A stretch of DNA of 64,000 nt, from the NCBI GenBank assembly GCA_038245785.1, contig JBBRSB010000007.1, positions 32,001-96,000 on the forward strand, in the 5' to 3' direction. Made by a program: the position numbers and the translations under genes. The notes beneath the pieces were generated by a model. That model was not told the origin of the DNA. It searched no databases and worked only from the letters and a program-made list of their open reading frames with translations. Positions within the stretch are counted from its first letter, which is position 1; each line of letters opens with the position of its first letter. Of the stretch, positions 1 through 9,409 are shown piece by piece. This DNA is from Gloeobacterales cyanobacterium. GTDB lineage: Bacteria > Cyanobacteriota > Cyanobacteriia > Gloeobacterales > PMM-0068.

Positions 1-1
1 C

Positions 2-925
2 CATAGCGTTGCACTCAATCCTGGTTTGAAAGACCTAAAACCACTCTTAGAAAGTGGCCAGCTAGCCGTCATTCAAAACGTAGGCTATCCCAATCCTGAC
101 CTCTCCCATTTTCGTTCCAAAGAAATCTGGCAGAGTGCACATCCTCAAGGTTCTGTGGATAGCGGTTGGCTAGCCCGTTATTTGGAAGCAACTAAGGCCA
201 AAACGTCCGAGGCTGTCTTCCTCGGAGATGAATACCCCTTGGCCTTAACGGGCAGCAGTACACGCTATTTAGAACTTTCTCCTAACTTGGGCCTGAAAAC
301 CCAGGGCAAGCTCGGTCAGGCTATCCAAGAAGCTTATCGAGTGCCCCAGAAGCAACCCATGGCCGAGAAAGTTCGTCAGACCGTGCTTGAAAGTACCCAG
401 GCCGTTCGTGACCTAGCCAAAGATGTAGACCAGCGGGTTCAGCGCCAAGGTTATCCCCCAGGAGACTTAGGTAGACATTTGGCACTCGTCAGTCGTCTGT
501 TAGAAGTAGGCCCAAAAGTAATCTATCTCACGATTGGAGGCTGGGATACCCATGTCAACCAAGTACAGCGTCATCAAAGACTTTTAGAACAAGTGGGAAA
601 AGGACTATCCGCCTTGAATCAAGACTTGAAAGCCCGAGGTTTGGATAAAAATATCCTGATCATGGTCCAGAGCGAGTTTGGCCGTAGACCGACAGAGAAT
701 GGTTCTGGTGGAACAGACCACGGTACAGCCGGACCTGTATGGCTGATCGGACCTGTCCGTGCAGGATTTTATGGGGGTGAGCCTGCCTTGGATAGCTTGC
801 AGAAAGGAAATCTACCGATGCACGTGGATTTTCGTAGCGTCTACGCCGAGATCCTGGACCGCTGGTTAGGCATGCCTTCTAAGGGGATTCTTTCCGGTAG
901 TTTTCCTGGGGTAGGAATTCTTTAG
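2..925 (+). CDS. DUF1501 domain-containing protein (5' end outside window)
   Basis: Frame is open from base 2. Motifs VGYPNPDLSHFRS, GGWDTHVNQ and SEFGRRPTENGSGGTDHG are typical of DUF1501. Confidence 0.85.
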   Translation, partial: HSVALNPGLKDLKPLLESGQLAVIQNVGYPNPDLSHFRSKEIWQSAHPQGSVDSGWLARYLEATKAKTSEAVFLGDEYPLALTGSSTRYLELSPNLGLKTQGKLGQAIQEAYRVPQKQPMAEKVRQTVLESTQAVRDLAKDVDQRVQRQGYPPGDLGRHLALVSRLLEVGPKVIYLTIGGWDTHVNQVQRHQRLLEQVGKGLSALNQDLKARGLDKNILIMVQSEFGRRPTENGSGGTDHGTAGPVWLIGPVRAGFYGGEPALDSLQKGNLPMHVDFRSVYAEILDRWLGMPSKGILSGSFPGVGIL

Positions 926-931
926 TGGTTT

Positions 932-1261
932 CTAATTAGTTAACACCCATATCAATGAACCAATCAAGCTAATCCAAACAATAAACAGAATAATTACAGG
1001 CAGATTCAACTCATCCTCTGCCTGATTCTCCTGAGCGCTATACTCAATCTCTCCCTCTCGGTAAAGATTATAGAAGATACGCGATTCATCATCATATAAG
1101 ATGGTGTACGCCATATTAATCTCTTCAAACTGTGCTTTTAATTTAGGATCTTTATTTACGTCAGGATAATATTTACGAGCCAAGTGCATATAGGCTTGCC
1201 GAATCTCCTCTTTATCCGTATCGGCTGGAATATCAAGAACACTATAGAAATCTTTTGTCAT
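932..1261 (-). CDS. Small J-domain-like protein with C-terminal TM helix (HPD replaced by YPD)
   Basis: DFYSVLDI...EIRQAYMHLARKYYPDVN...FEEINMAYTIL J-domain pattern and a hydrophobic C-terminus. Start moved to MTKDFY at 1261. Confidence 0.8.
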   Translation of the reverse strand: MTKDFYSVLDIPADTDKEEIRQAYMHLARKYYPDVNKDPKLKAQFEEINMAYTILYDDESRIFYNLYREGEIEYSAQENQAEDELNLPVIILFIVWISLIGSLIWVLTN

Positions 1262-1429
1262 TTGATGATTCTCAGAGAAGACTAAGTTTGAGAAGAAAAG
1301 ATGAGGCATTAAAGAAGAACATTTAATCCTTCGAACAATAAAAACTAACCAACTCAGCTACCTCGCGTGCTTGACCAGCTCAGGCAAATTGCTCGGCTGA
1401 TGACCCTACAGGGAGGAGAATCCGGGCTA

Positions 1430-1711
1430 CTACTTGCCGTAATGCTGTTCAAGTAACGTCCGCAGCATATCCACCATCGGAACGCCTTCTTCAACTGCTT
1501 GGGCTTTAATCGCTTTATGCAGAGGTTTTGGAATATCCAACGTGAGACGCTTCTGTTTCACGGCTTTTTCCAGTTCTAGCTCTTTCGGAGTAGGACGAGC
1601 CTCAGCAGTGGGGGCTTCTTCTGCGCTGCTCTGAGACAACGCTGGCTCCAGAACAGCGGGAACTGAGTCAGGCTTTCGACGTGAACTAAGTTTGGCTTTC
1701 TTTTCGACCAT
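1430..1711 (-). CDS. Ribbon-helix-helix (ParG/CopG-like) DNA-binding protein
   Basis: Disordered N-terminus followed by KRLTLDIPKPLHKAIKAQAVEEGVPMVDMLRTLL, an RHH pattern like plasmid ParG-type proteins. Confidence 0.7.
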   Translation of the reverse strand: MVEKKAKLSSRRKPDSVPAVLEPALSQSSAEEAPTAEARPTPKELELEKAVKQKRLTLDIPKPLHKAIKAQAVEEGVPMVDMLRTLLEQHYGK

Positions 1712-1816
1712 CGGTTGATCTCCAGGTAGGTGAGCGTTTGCACTGCGGATCGGGCGAGAGCTTTCAGGTGCGTCGCCCCATTCGCTGTTTGAAATGGGCA
1801 GAATCAGTCAGTCTGT

Positions 1817-1874
1817 ATTTACAGGTTACCCATATTTACAGGGTAATCACATTTACAGATTACCGTATTTACAG
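1817..1874. repeat. Four ATTTACAG direct repeats at 17/17/16-bp spacing
   Basis: ATTTACAG at 1817, 1834, 1851 and 1867, directly upstream of the RHH gene. Confidence 0.85.
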
Positions 1875-1999
1875 AAATAAGTTTTGACTGAATTGTTACA
1901 ATCTCAGCGCGTCAAGACTGCGACCTTTTGCCAGGCCCAGCAGCGGTTGTGACCTTCACCCAGAGGAGAGGAGAGAAGCCCAGTGCAGATCATGGCTCA

Positions 2000-2791
2000 C
2001 TAACCAAATAAATTAGCGTTCAAAGCCTCATAGCTTTTATTAAAAGGACATTGGACGCGACAGGTACGGCACCAACGACCATCCGTGTACCTGTTGAGAT
2101 TCTCTTTATTGAAAATGTAGGGTTTATGAGAGAAGTGGGAGCTGACCCACTGCCAGGAAAGAGCATTGGAAGCAATATCTCCATCTAACAGATATTCTCG
2201 GAAAAGTCGGTAGCCCGCTAACCAACTAATTCCTCGAAAATGACAGACATAGGCAGCGAACCAAAGCCGCTCATGATTGTGAAGATAGCCTGTGTCGAAT
2301 AGTGTCTCCAGAATGCCATCCATACACGGTAAGCCTGTAGTAGCAGTGGCAATATCTTCAGGAAGCTCTTCTGGAGCCTGATATTGCGTGCGCACTTTAG
2401 CCTCTTCGATCCCTTCCCAAATACCCTGGTTATAGTAGGCATAAGCGGCATAGAAAAACTCCCGCCAGGTGAGTTGTCGCAAAAACTCTTCCAGTCCTTT
2501 ATTTTGAGCAGGAGAGCCATGACGTTCGAGCAGAAAGGTTTGCACCTCTTTTGGGGTAACCATGCCATGACGCAAGTAAGGAGAGAGAAAACTCACAGCA
2601 TCACTAACATAGTTGCGCTGGGTATAGCCTTTAACCTCAAAGGCTTCTAGTTGCGCTAAGGCATGCACGCGTCCGCCAGGAGTATCTTCCACATAGGTAG
2701 GATTTCCTGTGTAATACTCCTGAAAATTTTCTTGAATATAGGCACAAACTTGCTCTCGGCTTTCTAAATCAGTGCGCAGTTCCATCGGCAA
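2000..2791 (-). CDS. Short photolyase-like protein (FAD-binding domain only)
   Basis: VSFLSPYLRHG, EFLRQLTWREF, GYLHNHERLWFA, LLDGDIASNALSWQWV. Only 263 aa, with no N-terminal antenna domain. Confidence 0.85.
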   Translation of the reverse strand: MPMELRTDLESREQVCAYIQENFQEYYTGNPTYVEDTPGGRVHALAQLEAFEVKGYTQRNYVSDAVSFLSPYLRHGMVTPKEVQTFLLERHGSPAQNKGLEEFLRQLTWREFFYAAYAYYNQGIWEGIEEAKVRTQYQAPEELPEDIATATTGLPCMDGILETLFDTGYLHNHERLWFAAYVCHFRGISWLAGYRLFREYLLDGDIASNALSWQWVSSHFSHKPYIFNKENLNRYTDGRWCRTCRVQCPFNKSYEALNANLFG

Positions 2792-2819
2792 TTATTTTAG
2801 AGACATTCCATATTATGAG

Positions 2820-3791
2820 TTAGACCTGATTTTGTAACTGCTGCAACTGTTCGGGAGATAGCCATTTTTGGCACTCTTTAATCACTTTACTTTGGAGCGC
2901 ATGGAGGATTTTAGCTTCAGAGGATCCAGACTGCTTCAAGCTCGTATACATGAGCCGTAGAGCTTTCAGGTTATGGAAAGAAGGGTCAATTTGATAAGCT
3001 TTTTCCAAAGCCGTATTGAATGCTGCCAAATCCCTATCTATCAGAGCATAGTAACCTGCCTGCTCATATTCTCTGGCCGATAGCTTGGACGGCGGCGTAA
3101 TAGGAGCAGCCGTAGAGGAAGTAGCCATGGGTGGAGACGGAACAATCGCTGCATTTGCGGTAGCTGCCACTATATTTTGCGGTGGAGCAGTCGGGGCAGG
3201 AGAGACTAGACTAGGGTAGGTCACTTGGGCCGTAACCTTAGAATCAGCCTGTGATAGAGAAGGCTGATAAACAATCTCTTTTGCATCAGGGGCCAATCGA
3301 GCCACACTAGACTTCGGACCGATAAGCGTCAGACCGTACCAGGTGACCAATCCGGGCATAATCACACAGGCCATAAGAGCCGCCGTACCAGAATAGCGCC
3401 TATAAAAAGCCTGACGGTTGCGCAGTACAATCCTCAGCGTTCTTAGCGCTTTGGCCGTTCTGTTAAGAGAAGCTCTCAGGGCTGGTTCGGGAGTATTCCA
3501 AATCGTTTCATCCGCATGGCAGAAGTTCTCGAAATCGCTATCTAATTTAGAAAATCGCTGTTCTCTTTCGGCAATCTGTAGTTTGAGGGCATCCAGCTGC
3601 CGTGCCAGCCGAGACACCTCCAAAGTAAGAGCCTGTTCTAAGGGCCGGACCCGCTTTTCTTGAGTGCCTAGAGAGGAATGTTCAGTATTTTTAGGCGGAA
3701 GGCTACTTAATTCCGAGGAAAAGACCTCTACCGCCGCAGTAGATGAATGATCCTCGGTCTCACAAGTGCTCACTTCGCTCTTAGTTTCCAT
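2820..3791 (-). CDS. Hypothetical membrane-anchored protein (coiled coil, TM helix, Pro/Ala/Thr linker, TPR-like C-terminus)
   Basis: 323-aa ORF with hydrophobic segment ALMACVIMPGLVTWYGL and ALEKAYQIDPSFH TPR-like end. Confidence 0.6.
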   Translation of the reverse strand: METKSEVSTCETEDHSSTAAVEVFSSELSSLPPKNTEHSSLGTQEKRVRPLEQALTLEVSRLARQLDALKLQIAEREQRFSKLDSDFENFCHADETIWNTPEPALRASLNRTAKALRTLRIVLRNRQAFYRRYSGTAALMACVIMPGLVTWYGLTLIGPKSSVARLAPDAKEIVYQPSLSQADSKVTAQVTYPSLVSPAPTAPPQNIVAATANAAIVPSPPMATSSTAAPITPPSKLSAREYEQAGYYALIDRDLAAFNTALEKAYQIDPSFHNLKALRLMYTSLKQSGSSEAKILHALQSKVIKECQKWLSPEQLQQLQNQV

Positions 3792-3983
3792 ATCCTGATC
3801 TTATTTTATCTCTGCCCGTAGTGAAACACTTAATGAGACCTATTTTGTTGGTTAGTGAAGGAGAGGTGGATGCACTAGCCTCTCCTATAAATGATTAAAT
3901 AAGCGGAGAAGAAGAGAATATGTCAAACACAGGATACCCATTTACTAGTGGCTCTGTAGATGTACGCTCGTAAAGAAATATTA

Positions 3984-4685
3984 TTACTCGAAACCAAAAC
4001 CCTTAACGTTCTTTAGATTGGCCCCTTCCAGGTTTGCACCGATAAGATTGGCTCCTTCCAGATTGGCCCCCTCTAAGTCGGCCCCAACCAAATTTGCGTC
4101 TGCGAGATTGGCAATGCTCAGGTCCGCACCCCTCAAGTTTGCTCCATGCAGATAGGCTGCATGAAGATTGACTCGGCTTAGACAAGCTTTGTGTAAATTA
4201 GCCTGATTAAAATCTGCAGCCCTCAGGTCTGCATTAAATAGATTGGTCCCACGGCAGTCAGCCCCCCCCAAATCAGCAGCACGCAGGTCTGCTGACCGCA
4301 AATCAACATTCCTAAGCCTCGCTCTACTCAAATTCGCCATGCTGAGGTTGGCATCAAAAAGATTAGCCTGGCTGAGGTCGCCATCACTGAGGTTAGCGTT
4401 ACCGAGATTGGCACCAAAAAAATTAGCCTGCTGTAAGCGGGCTTTACTTAAATTAGCTCCACGCAAATCCGCCCTCCGAAAGTCAGCCTGTCTGAGGTCT
4501 GACGAACTCAAGTTGGCAATCCGTAAGACCGCATAGAAGAAGTCGGCCGCGAAGAAATTAGAATTACTTAAATTAGCTTCGGATAGGTCTGCTCGATAAA
4601 AATAGAAGCCGGGTAAATCAAGCCCGGACAGATTCAAGCCTTGCATTCTCGGATACTTACTAAGAAGAGCATCACGGGTAATCAT
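3984..4685 (-). CDS. Pentapeptide repeat protein
   Basis: Continuous A(D/N)Lxx repeats along the whole ORF. Confidence 0.95.
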   Translation of the reverse strand: MITRDALLSKYPRMQGLNLSGLDLPGFYFYRADLSEANLSNSNFFAADFFYAVLRIANLSSSDLRQADFRRADLRGANLSKARLQQANFFGANLGNANLSDGDLSQANLFDANLSMANLSRARLRNVDLRSADLRAADLGGADCRGTNLFNADLRAADFNQANLHKACLSRVNLHAAYLHGANLRGADLSIANLADANLVGADLEGANLEGANLIGANLEGANLKNVKGFGFE

Positions 4686-4687
4686 AG

Positions 4688-5209
4688 TTATGCTTTTATA
4701 TTAGTAGGCTTGTAGTTAGGCTGTAGCTTATTAGCAGGATTGGGAGAATTTTGAAGATCTTGAATCTCTCGATTTTCTTTACGCTCTATATAGTCAGGCA
4801 GAGCAGGCATTTTGCTAGACAAAAAATCCTGAACAGAGAGGGCCGAACGTATTTGGATACGACGCCGGAAATCATCAAAATCAGCTTCTAAACTAAGAAT
4901 TTTTCGATCCTCTGCCTCTAGTCTTAAATTCAGATAATCCACTTCTCTCAGGAGGCTTACAACCTCATCTTTCAGCAAAAACTCTCTATCACTTTCCGGC
5001 TGACTTTCACTGGGCCATTCGAACAAGTCTTGATCATCAATTTCATCCAACTCAAGCGGCGATCTATTCGATTGACTTAGTGCAAGTGCAATATCATCCG
5101 TAAAGTCTTTATCGCAAGCAACGCAGTAGTAAGCGCCTCCTAAATAGCTCTCTTTAGAGACTACGGTTCTTTCACGTATAGAATTACTACCGCAATATGG
5201 ACAATTCAT
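4688..5209 (-). CDS. Hypothetical protein with N-terminal zinc ribbon and coiled coil
   Basis: CPYCGS...YYCVAC Cys pairs. Stop lies 2 bp from the pentapeptide gene start, so likely one operon. Confidence 0.65.
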   Translation of the reverse strand: MNCPYCGSNSIRERTVVSKESYLGGAYYCVACDKDFTDDIALALSQSNRSPLELDEIDDQDLFEWPSESQPESDREFLLKDEVVSLLREVDYLNLRLEAEDRKILSLEADFDDFRRRIQIRSALSVQDFLSSKMPALPDYIERKENREIQDLQNSPNPANKLQPNYKPTNIKA

Positions 5210-5299
5210 ATATGTACAAATTATCGAAAATTATATAGAAACTACTCTACTTTATAGGGTACCCAAAGATGCATCACCGCGTGCGTGGAATTAGGCTGA

Positions 5300-5854
5300 T
5301 TAGAAGATCTTCTGTTCTACTCCAAATCCTACCAAAACAAGATTTTCCAGAGGCTGATTGGCGGTTGGGCGTCGGTAGGTCAAGATCTTGCGAATCCTCG
5401 TGTTTGGGTTAATCAACGTAATCGAATCGACAGCGACAACTTCCGTATAGGTAGTAGTCATCAAGAGTTCTTGCTTTTGAGGATCGAAGCGGAAGTGGGC
5501 CACCATCGGCTTTGCTTCTTCGTAGGCCCGGTCTCTTAGATAGGCTCCTTCTAGGACAGGAGCATCTTGTTGGTCAGGGACAAAAAGCATATTGAGTTCT
5601 TGAGAAACTTCTTCGCCTTTCTCCGAAACTGTCTGGAAGGCTAAATAAAAACCCAAGAGGCTGTCCACGAGAAGAGAAGGGCGCTCGTTATCGCGAAGGA
5701 CTTTTTCCTTTAGCGTGGGGTTTAAGGTGCGGATAATAAATTCTGTGCGCGAACGCTCCACTTCCTGGCGCGTCAAATAGTGATAGGTGCGCTCAGTGGC
5801 CCAAGCTCCGATACAACAGTCAAAAAAATAGTGAAATTTATGTATGGCGTCCAT
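5300..5854 (-). CDS. Phycobiliprotein lyase, CpcS/CpeS family (CpcV-like)
   Basis: FFDCCIGAWATERTYHYL N-terminus, YLRDRAYEE, and C-terminal VGFGVEQK. Start moved to MDAIH at 5854. Confidence 0.8.
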   Translation of the reverse strand: MDAIHKFHYFFDCCIGAWATERTYHYLTRQEVERSRTEFIIRTLNPTLKEKVLRDNERPSLLVDSLLGFYLAFQTVSEKGEEVSQELNMLFVPDQQDAPVLEGAYLRDRAYEEAKPMVAHFRFDPQKQELLMTTTYTEVVAVDSITLINPNTRIRKILTYRRPTANQPLENLVLVGFGVEQKIF

Positions 5855-6033
5855 AGGGTCGTAGGCTGAGCTCCAGTGATCATTTTCTATTTTTAGGGCA
5901 GGTGCGGACAAGTAGAACACAAAAACCAGTAGAAGTACTCAGAAAACTGACTCTTTTTCATACGTCTAGTGTCGGAAGCGTTTACCCACCCCCAGGGTTA
6001 GTGCTACATTATCGCAAATGGTCAGGTGTTCAC

Positions 6034-7704
6034 ATGGTTAGCTTCTCCCGAGAACCAGAGCCGTTTAAGTCTAACGCTCCAAAATCTCTCGGCATCGTGG
6101 TACAGGGCTCTCTTAGTCTGGGATTGGAAGCCAGACTGAATGCCGATGTGTCTGTAGAAGATATGCGGGTAGGCAAATTTGTAATTATCAAGGGCCGTAG
6201 AACACGCTTTTTTTCGATGCTGACCGATGTAGTCCTCGGCACCTCTAGCCCCAAAATTTTGATGAATCCTCCAGACCATGATGATGATTTTATGTCTGAA
6301 GTTCTAGCAGGGACAGGCACTTTTGGTACAGTAAAGCTGACGCCGATGCTCATGTTCGAACCAGAGACCAATGAGTTGCGTCCGGTAAAGACAGTCCCTT
6401 CTCACTTTGCCCAGGTTTTAGATGCCACCGAGTTTGACTTTACCCAAGTTTTTGGGAGCGAGGCAGACCCTGAGCGCAAGAATTTCAACATTGGTCAGCC
6501 CCTCGATATGGATGTACCGATTTGTCTGGACCTGGAGCGTTTTGTCGAACGTTCTAATGGCATTTTTGGAAAGTCAGGAACGGGTAAATCTTTCTTAACG
6601 CGTTTGATTCTCAGCGGCGTGATTCGCAAGAAAGCAGCGGTCAACCTGATTTTTGATATGCATTCTGAATATGGCTGGGAAGCGGCCAAAGAAGGGAAAG
6701 AAAGCAGCACCGTAAAGGGCCTACGCCAGCTATTCACGGGTCAGGTGCAAATCTATACCCTAGACCCAGAAGCGAGTAAGCGGCGAGGCGTCCGGGATGC
6801 TCGTGAACTCTATATCAGCATGAATCAGATTGATGTGGATGACCTGAGTTTGATACGGGGAGAGCTGAATCTTTCCGATGCCAGTATTGAAAATGCAATT
6901 ATTCTACGCAATCACTTCGGCGAGAACTGGATTAGCCGTTTGATGACGATGAGCAACGGTGAAATTCAAGAATTTTGTCAAGAGAATATGGGCAACGCTC
7001 CCTCGATTATGGCCCTGCAGCGCAAGCTAAACCGATTGGAAGACCTGAAATATCTCAAGACCGTATGCCCCCATGACTATCTTTCGGAACTAACCAATAT
7101 TCTGTCCAGTGGAAAACACGTTGTCATTGAGTTCGGTTCCCAAGGTTCTCTGCTTAGCTACATGCTGGCCGCCAATATCATCACCCGCAAGCTGCATGGA
7201 GAATATGTCAAACGAGCAGAGCGATATCTCCAGTCTAAGGACCCTAAAGATAAGCCCCGCCAGTTGATGATCACGATTGAAGAAGCCCACCGCTTCCTGG
7301 ACCCAAAACAGGCCAAGCAGACTATTTTTGGGACGATTGCACGCGAGATGCGCAAGTATTTTGTCACGCTCCTAGTAGTTGACCAGCGCCCTTCTGGAAT
7401 TGATAACGAAGTGATGTCTCAACTGGGCACCCGGATCACGGCCCTTTTAAATGACGATAAAGATATTGATGCCGTTTTCACAGGCGTAGCCGGAGGCCAA
7501 GCGCTGAGGACGGTCCTCTCCCAAATGGACCCCAAGCAACAAGCGCTGATTCTTGGCTACGCCGTACCGATGGCGGTGGTCGTGCGCACCCGCGCCTACG
7601 ATGAAAAGTTCTATCGAGAGATTGGGGCAGATTTGTGGGAAGACCGCTCGGATGAAGATATTCGTTCAGCGGCAGAGTTGGCTAAATCGGATCTAGGTTT
7701 CTGA
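6034..7704 (+). CDS. HerA-like (DUF87) P-loop ATPase with N-terminal HAS barrel
   Basis: Walker A GKSGTGKS, IFDMHSEYG, Walker B ITIEEAHRF, AREMRKY, VDQRPS. Start moved to ATG 6034. Confidence 0.85.
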   Translation: MVSFSREPEPFKSNAPKSLGIVVQGSLSLGLEARLNADVSVEDMRVGKFVIIKGRRTRFFSMLTDVVLGTSSPKILMNPPDHDDDFMSEVLAGTGTFGTVKLTPMLMFEPETNELRPVKTVPSHFAQVLDATEFDFTQVFGSEADPERKNFNIGQPLDMDVPICLDLERFVERSNGIFGKSGTGKSFLTRLILSGVIRKKAAVNLIFDMHSEYGWEAAKEGKESSTVKGLRQLFTGQVQIYTLDPEASKRRGVRDARELYISMNQIDVDDLSLIRGELNLSDASIENAIILRNHFGENWISRLMTMSNGEIQEFCQENMGNAPSIMALQRKLNRLEDLKYLKTVCPHDYLSELTNILSSGKHVVIEFGSQGSLLSYMLAANIITRKLHGEYVKRAERYLQSKDPKDKPRQLMITIEEAHRFLDPKQAKQTIFGTIAREMRKYFVTLLVVDQRPSGIDNEVMSQLGTRITALLNDDKDIDAVFTGVAGGQALRTVLSQMDPKQQALILGYAVPMAVVVRTRAYDEKFYREIGADLWEDRSDEDIRSAAELAKSDLGF

Positions 7705-7765
7705 AATGCGGTGGCTAGCCCCAGAATGGAAGTAGGAGGCTTTTTCTTCTTGCCTAGACAATCCC

Positions 7766-8191
7766 ATGACTGACCTGACTGAGCGTGCGCGTTCCCTTTC
7801 TATCGCCTGTGGCCCTGAGGATAAAGGCTATCAATCTCATCTTTTGCTCTGCGCGGACCAAAGCAAGCCCCTCTGTTGTGACAAAGCTACGGGGTTAGTT
7901 GCCTGGGACTATCTTAAAAAGCGCATTAGAGAACTGGGACTGGAAGGACCAGAAGCGACGCAACCCGTTTTTCGCAGCAAGGTAAACTGCCTGCGGGTCT
8001 GTCAAAATGGTCCCATCCTCTTGGTTTATCCCGGCGGTTATTGGTACCACAGTGCTACGCCTGAAGTGATTGAGCGCATTCTGCAAGAGCATATCCTTCG
8101 CGGCATTCCGGTCCAGGAATATCTCTTTGCCGAAAATCCGCTCCCTTCGACTCCGCTCAGGGAGCCTATGCGGGGAGAAGGAGAAAAGTAG
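7766..8191 (+). CDS. Thioredoxin-like (2Fe-2S) ferredoxin
   Basis: HLLLCADQSKPLCC and KVNCLRVCQNGPILLVYPGGYWY motifs. Confidence 0.9.
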   Translation: MTDLTERARSLSIACGPEDKGYQSHLLLCADQSKPLCCDKATGLVAWDYLKKRIRELGLEGPEATQPVFRSKVNCLRVCQNGPILLVYPGGYWYHSATPEVIERILQEHILRGIPVQEYLFAENPLPSTPLREPMRGEGEK

Positions 8192-8213
8192 TTCTTAATT
8201 CCTTATCCACACT

Positions 8214-9287
8214 TTAAAGAATCAAGTTCAAGTCACCAAACTCATGCCAAAGATAGCGATCCTTTACCGCTTCCTGATACGCTTCTCGAATCACCGAGGG
8301 AGGTAAGAAAGCGGTGAGTAAATCAAGATGGCTGGCCTCTGGCTCATGCAATCCGGTTAATAGCCCCTCTACGGCTTTAAGGTGATGGTTCTCTGTAATC
8401 CGCAGCCGAGTGTATCCGTGCCCTGCCTGCACATTGCTTGCTTTATCAACCACTGACTCCAAAGCTCGAACTACGGTGGTTCCCACTGCAATGACCCGCC
8501 CACCTGCTTGATGGGTCTGGTTAATCTTCTGAGCCGTCGCCTCACTGATGAAGTACTCCTCTTCAGAAGCAAGATGCTCAGCATCAAGGTCGTCATCCAT
8601 GTAAGAAGAAAGTCCCGTGTGCAAAACAATCTGGGCGGTTTGGATTCCTTGCCGCTGAAGGTCGAACAACAGTTTCCAGGTAAAGGCTCGCCCTGCGGAC
8701 GGCATCTCGGCAGAACCCGGTTCTTTTGCGTAGACGGTCTGGTAATAGTCGAGGTCCCAAGGGGCAGACACATACTCATAGCGAATCGGTTGTCCCAGGC
8801 GGTAAAGCGAATTGATTAACTCCGTTCCTGATTGAGAGAACCGAAGTTTCCAGAGCCGTGGAATCGTGGGATCGCGCGACTCTACGATCGCGCTTAACTG
8901 CGGACTGAAGTGAAGATGCATTCCGCTTTGCAAGCCACAGGCAAAGGGTTCGCCCTCTTGGCACAACAAGAGTGCCAGCCAGGAGTTATCCGGTAAGTGC
9001 TCCGCTAAACGAACCTGCATACAGGCTCCAATGGGAGCTTCACACCCCTCAAGGGCAGCAGGAAGCGTTCGACTGGAGTTAAAGACGAGCAAATCGCCAG
9101 GGCGCAGAAAGTTGCCCAACTGATCAAAGCGGCTATGTTCTACTCGAAAAGTTTGGCGCTTCTCTGCCGCAGACGTTTCACGAGCAATAACCATTAACCG
9201 GACACGATCGCGAGCAATCCCTCTGCGCTCTGGTGGTTCTTTCGCAGAAAGCTCAGGCGGAAGCGTGAAGGAAAAGGGGGCAGACAT
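8214..9287 (-). CDS. QueA-like SAM:tRNA ribosyltransferase-isomerase family protein
   Basis: FSFTLPPELSA, YQTVYA, VIAVGTTVVRALES, YLWHEFGDLNLI. Divergent motifs GQPIRYEYV and PGSAEMPSAGRAFT indicate the QueA-like subfamily. Confidence 0.85.
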   Translation of the reverse strand: MSAPFSFTLPPELSAKEPPERRGIARDRVRLMVIARETSAAEKRQTFRVEHSRFDQLGNFLRPGDLLVFNSSRTLPAALEGCEAPIGACMQVRLAEHLPDNSWLALLLCQEGEPFACGLQSGMHLHFSPQLSAIVESRDPTIPRLWKLRFSQSGTELINSLYRLGQPIRYEYVSAPWDLDYYQTVYAKEPGSAEMPSAGRAFTWKLLFDLQRQGIQTAQIVLHTGLSSYMDDDLDAEHLASEEEYFISEATAQKINQTHQAGGRVIAVGTTVVRALESVVDKASNVQAGHGYTRLRITENHHLKAVEGLLTGLHEPEASHLDLLTAFLPPSVIREAYQEAVKDRYLWHEFGDLNLIL

Positions 9288-9335
9288 GGCTCAGTCCTTT
9301 TTTGTTGAGAATAAGCAACTTCATGGGTCCCGGAA

Positions 9336-9404
9336 GCCCCCTAAATCCCCCAATGCTGGGGGACTTTGAAGTCAGAACCCCCCAGCATTGGGGGGCAGGG
9401 GGGC
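9336..9404. repeat. Double-hairpin palindromic repeat (family A, empty copy)
   Basis: CCCCCAATGCTGGGGG and CCCCCCAGCATTGGGGG hairpins. The reverse complement aligns with 31158-31290. Confidence 0.8.
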
Positions 9405-9409
9405 GAAAC

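Noticed and set aside
1712..1800. parA 3' remnant upstream of the RHH gene
   Set aside because: No frame gave a convincing ParA motif by eye.
1817..1874. CRISPR or mini-array
   Set aside because: The 8-bp repeats with 8-9-bp spacers are far too short, and there are no cas genes.
5100..5209. IS1/IS1595-like zinc ribbon suggesting a transposase
   Set aside because: No DDE domain or terminal repeats follow.
6034..7704. HerA ATPase as part of a defence system (SIR2-HerA, NurA-HerA type)
   Set aside because: No nuclease or sirtuin partner is adjacent. It is flanked by a lyase and a ferredoxin and looks like the conserved cyanobacterial DUF87 protein.
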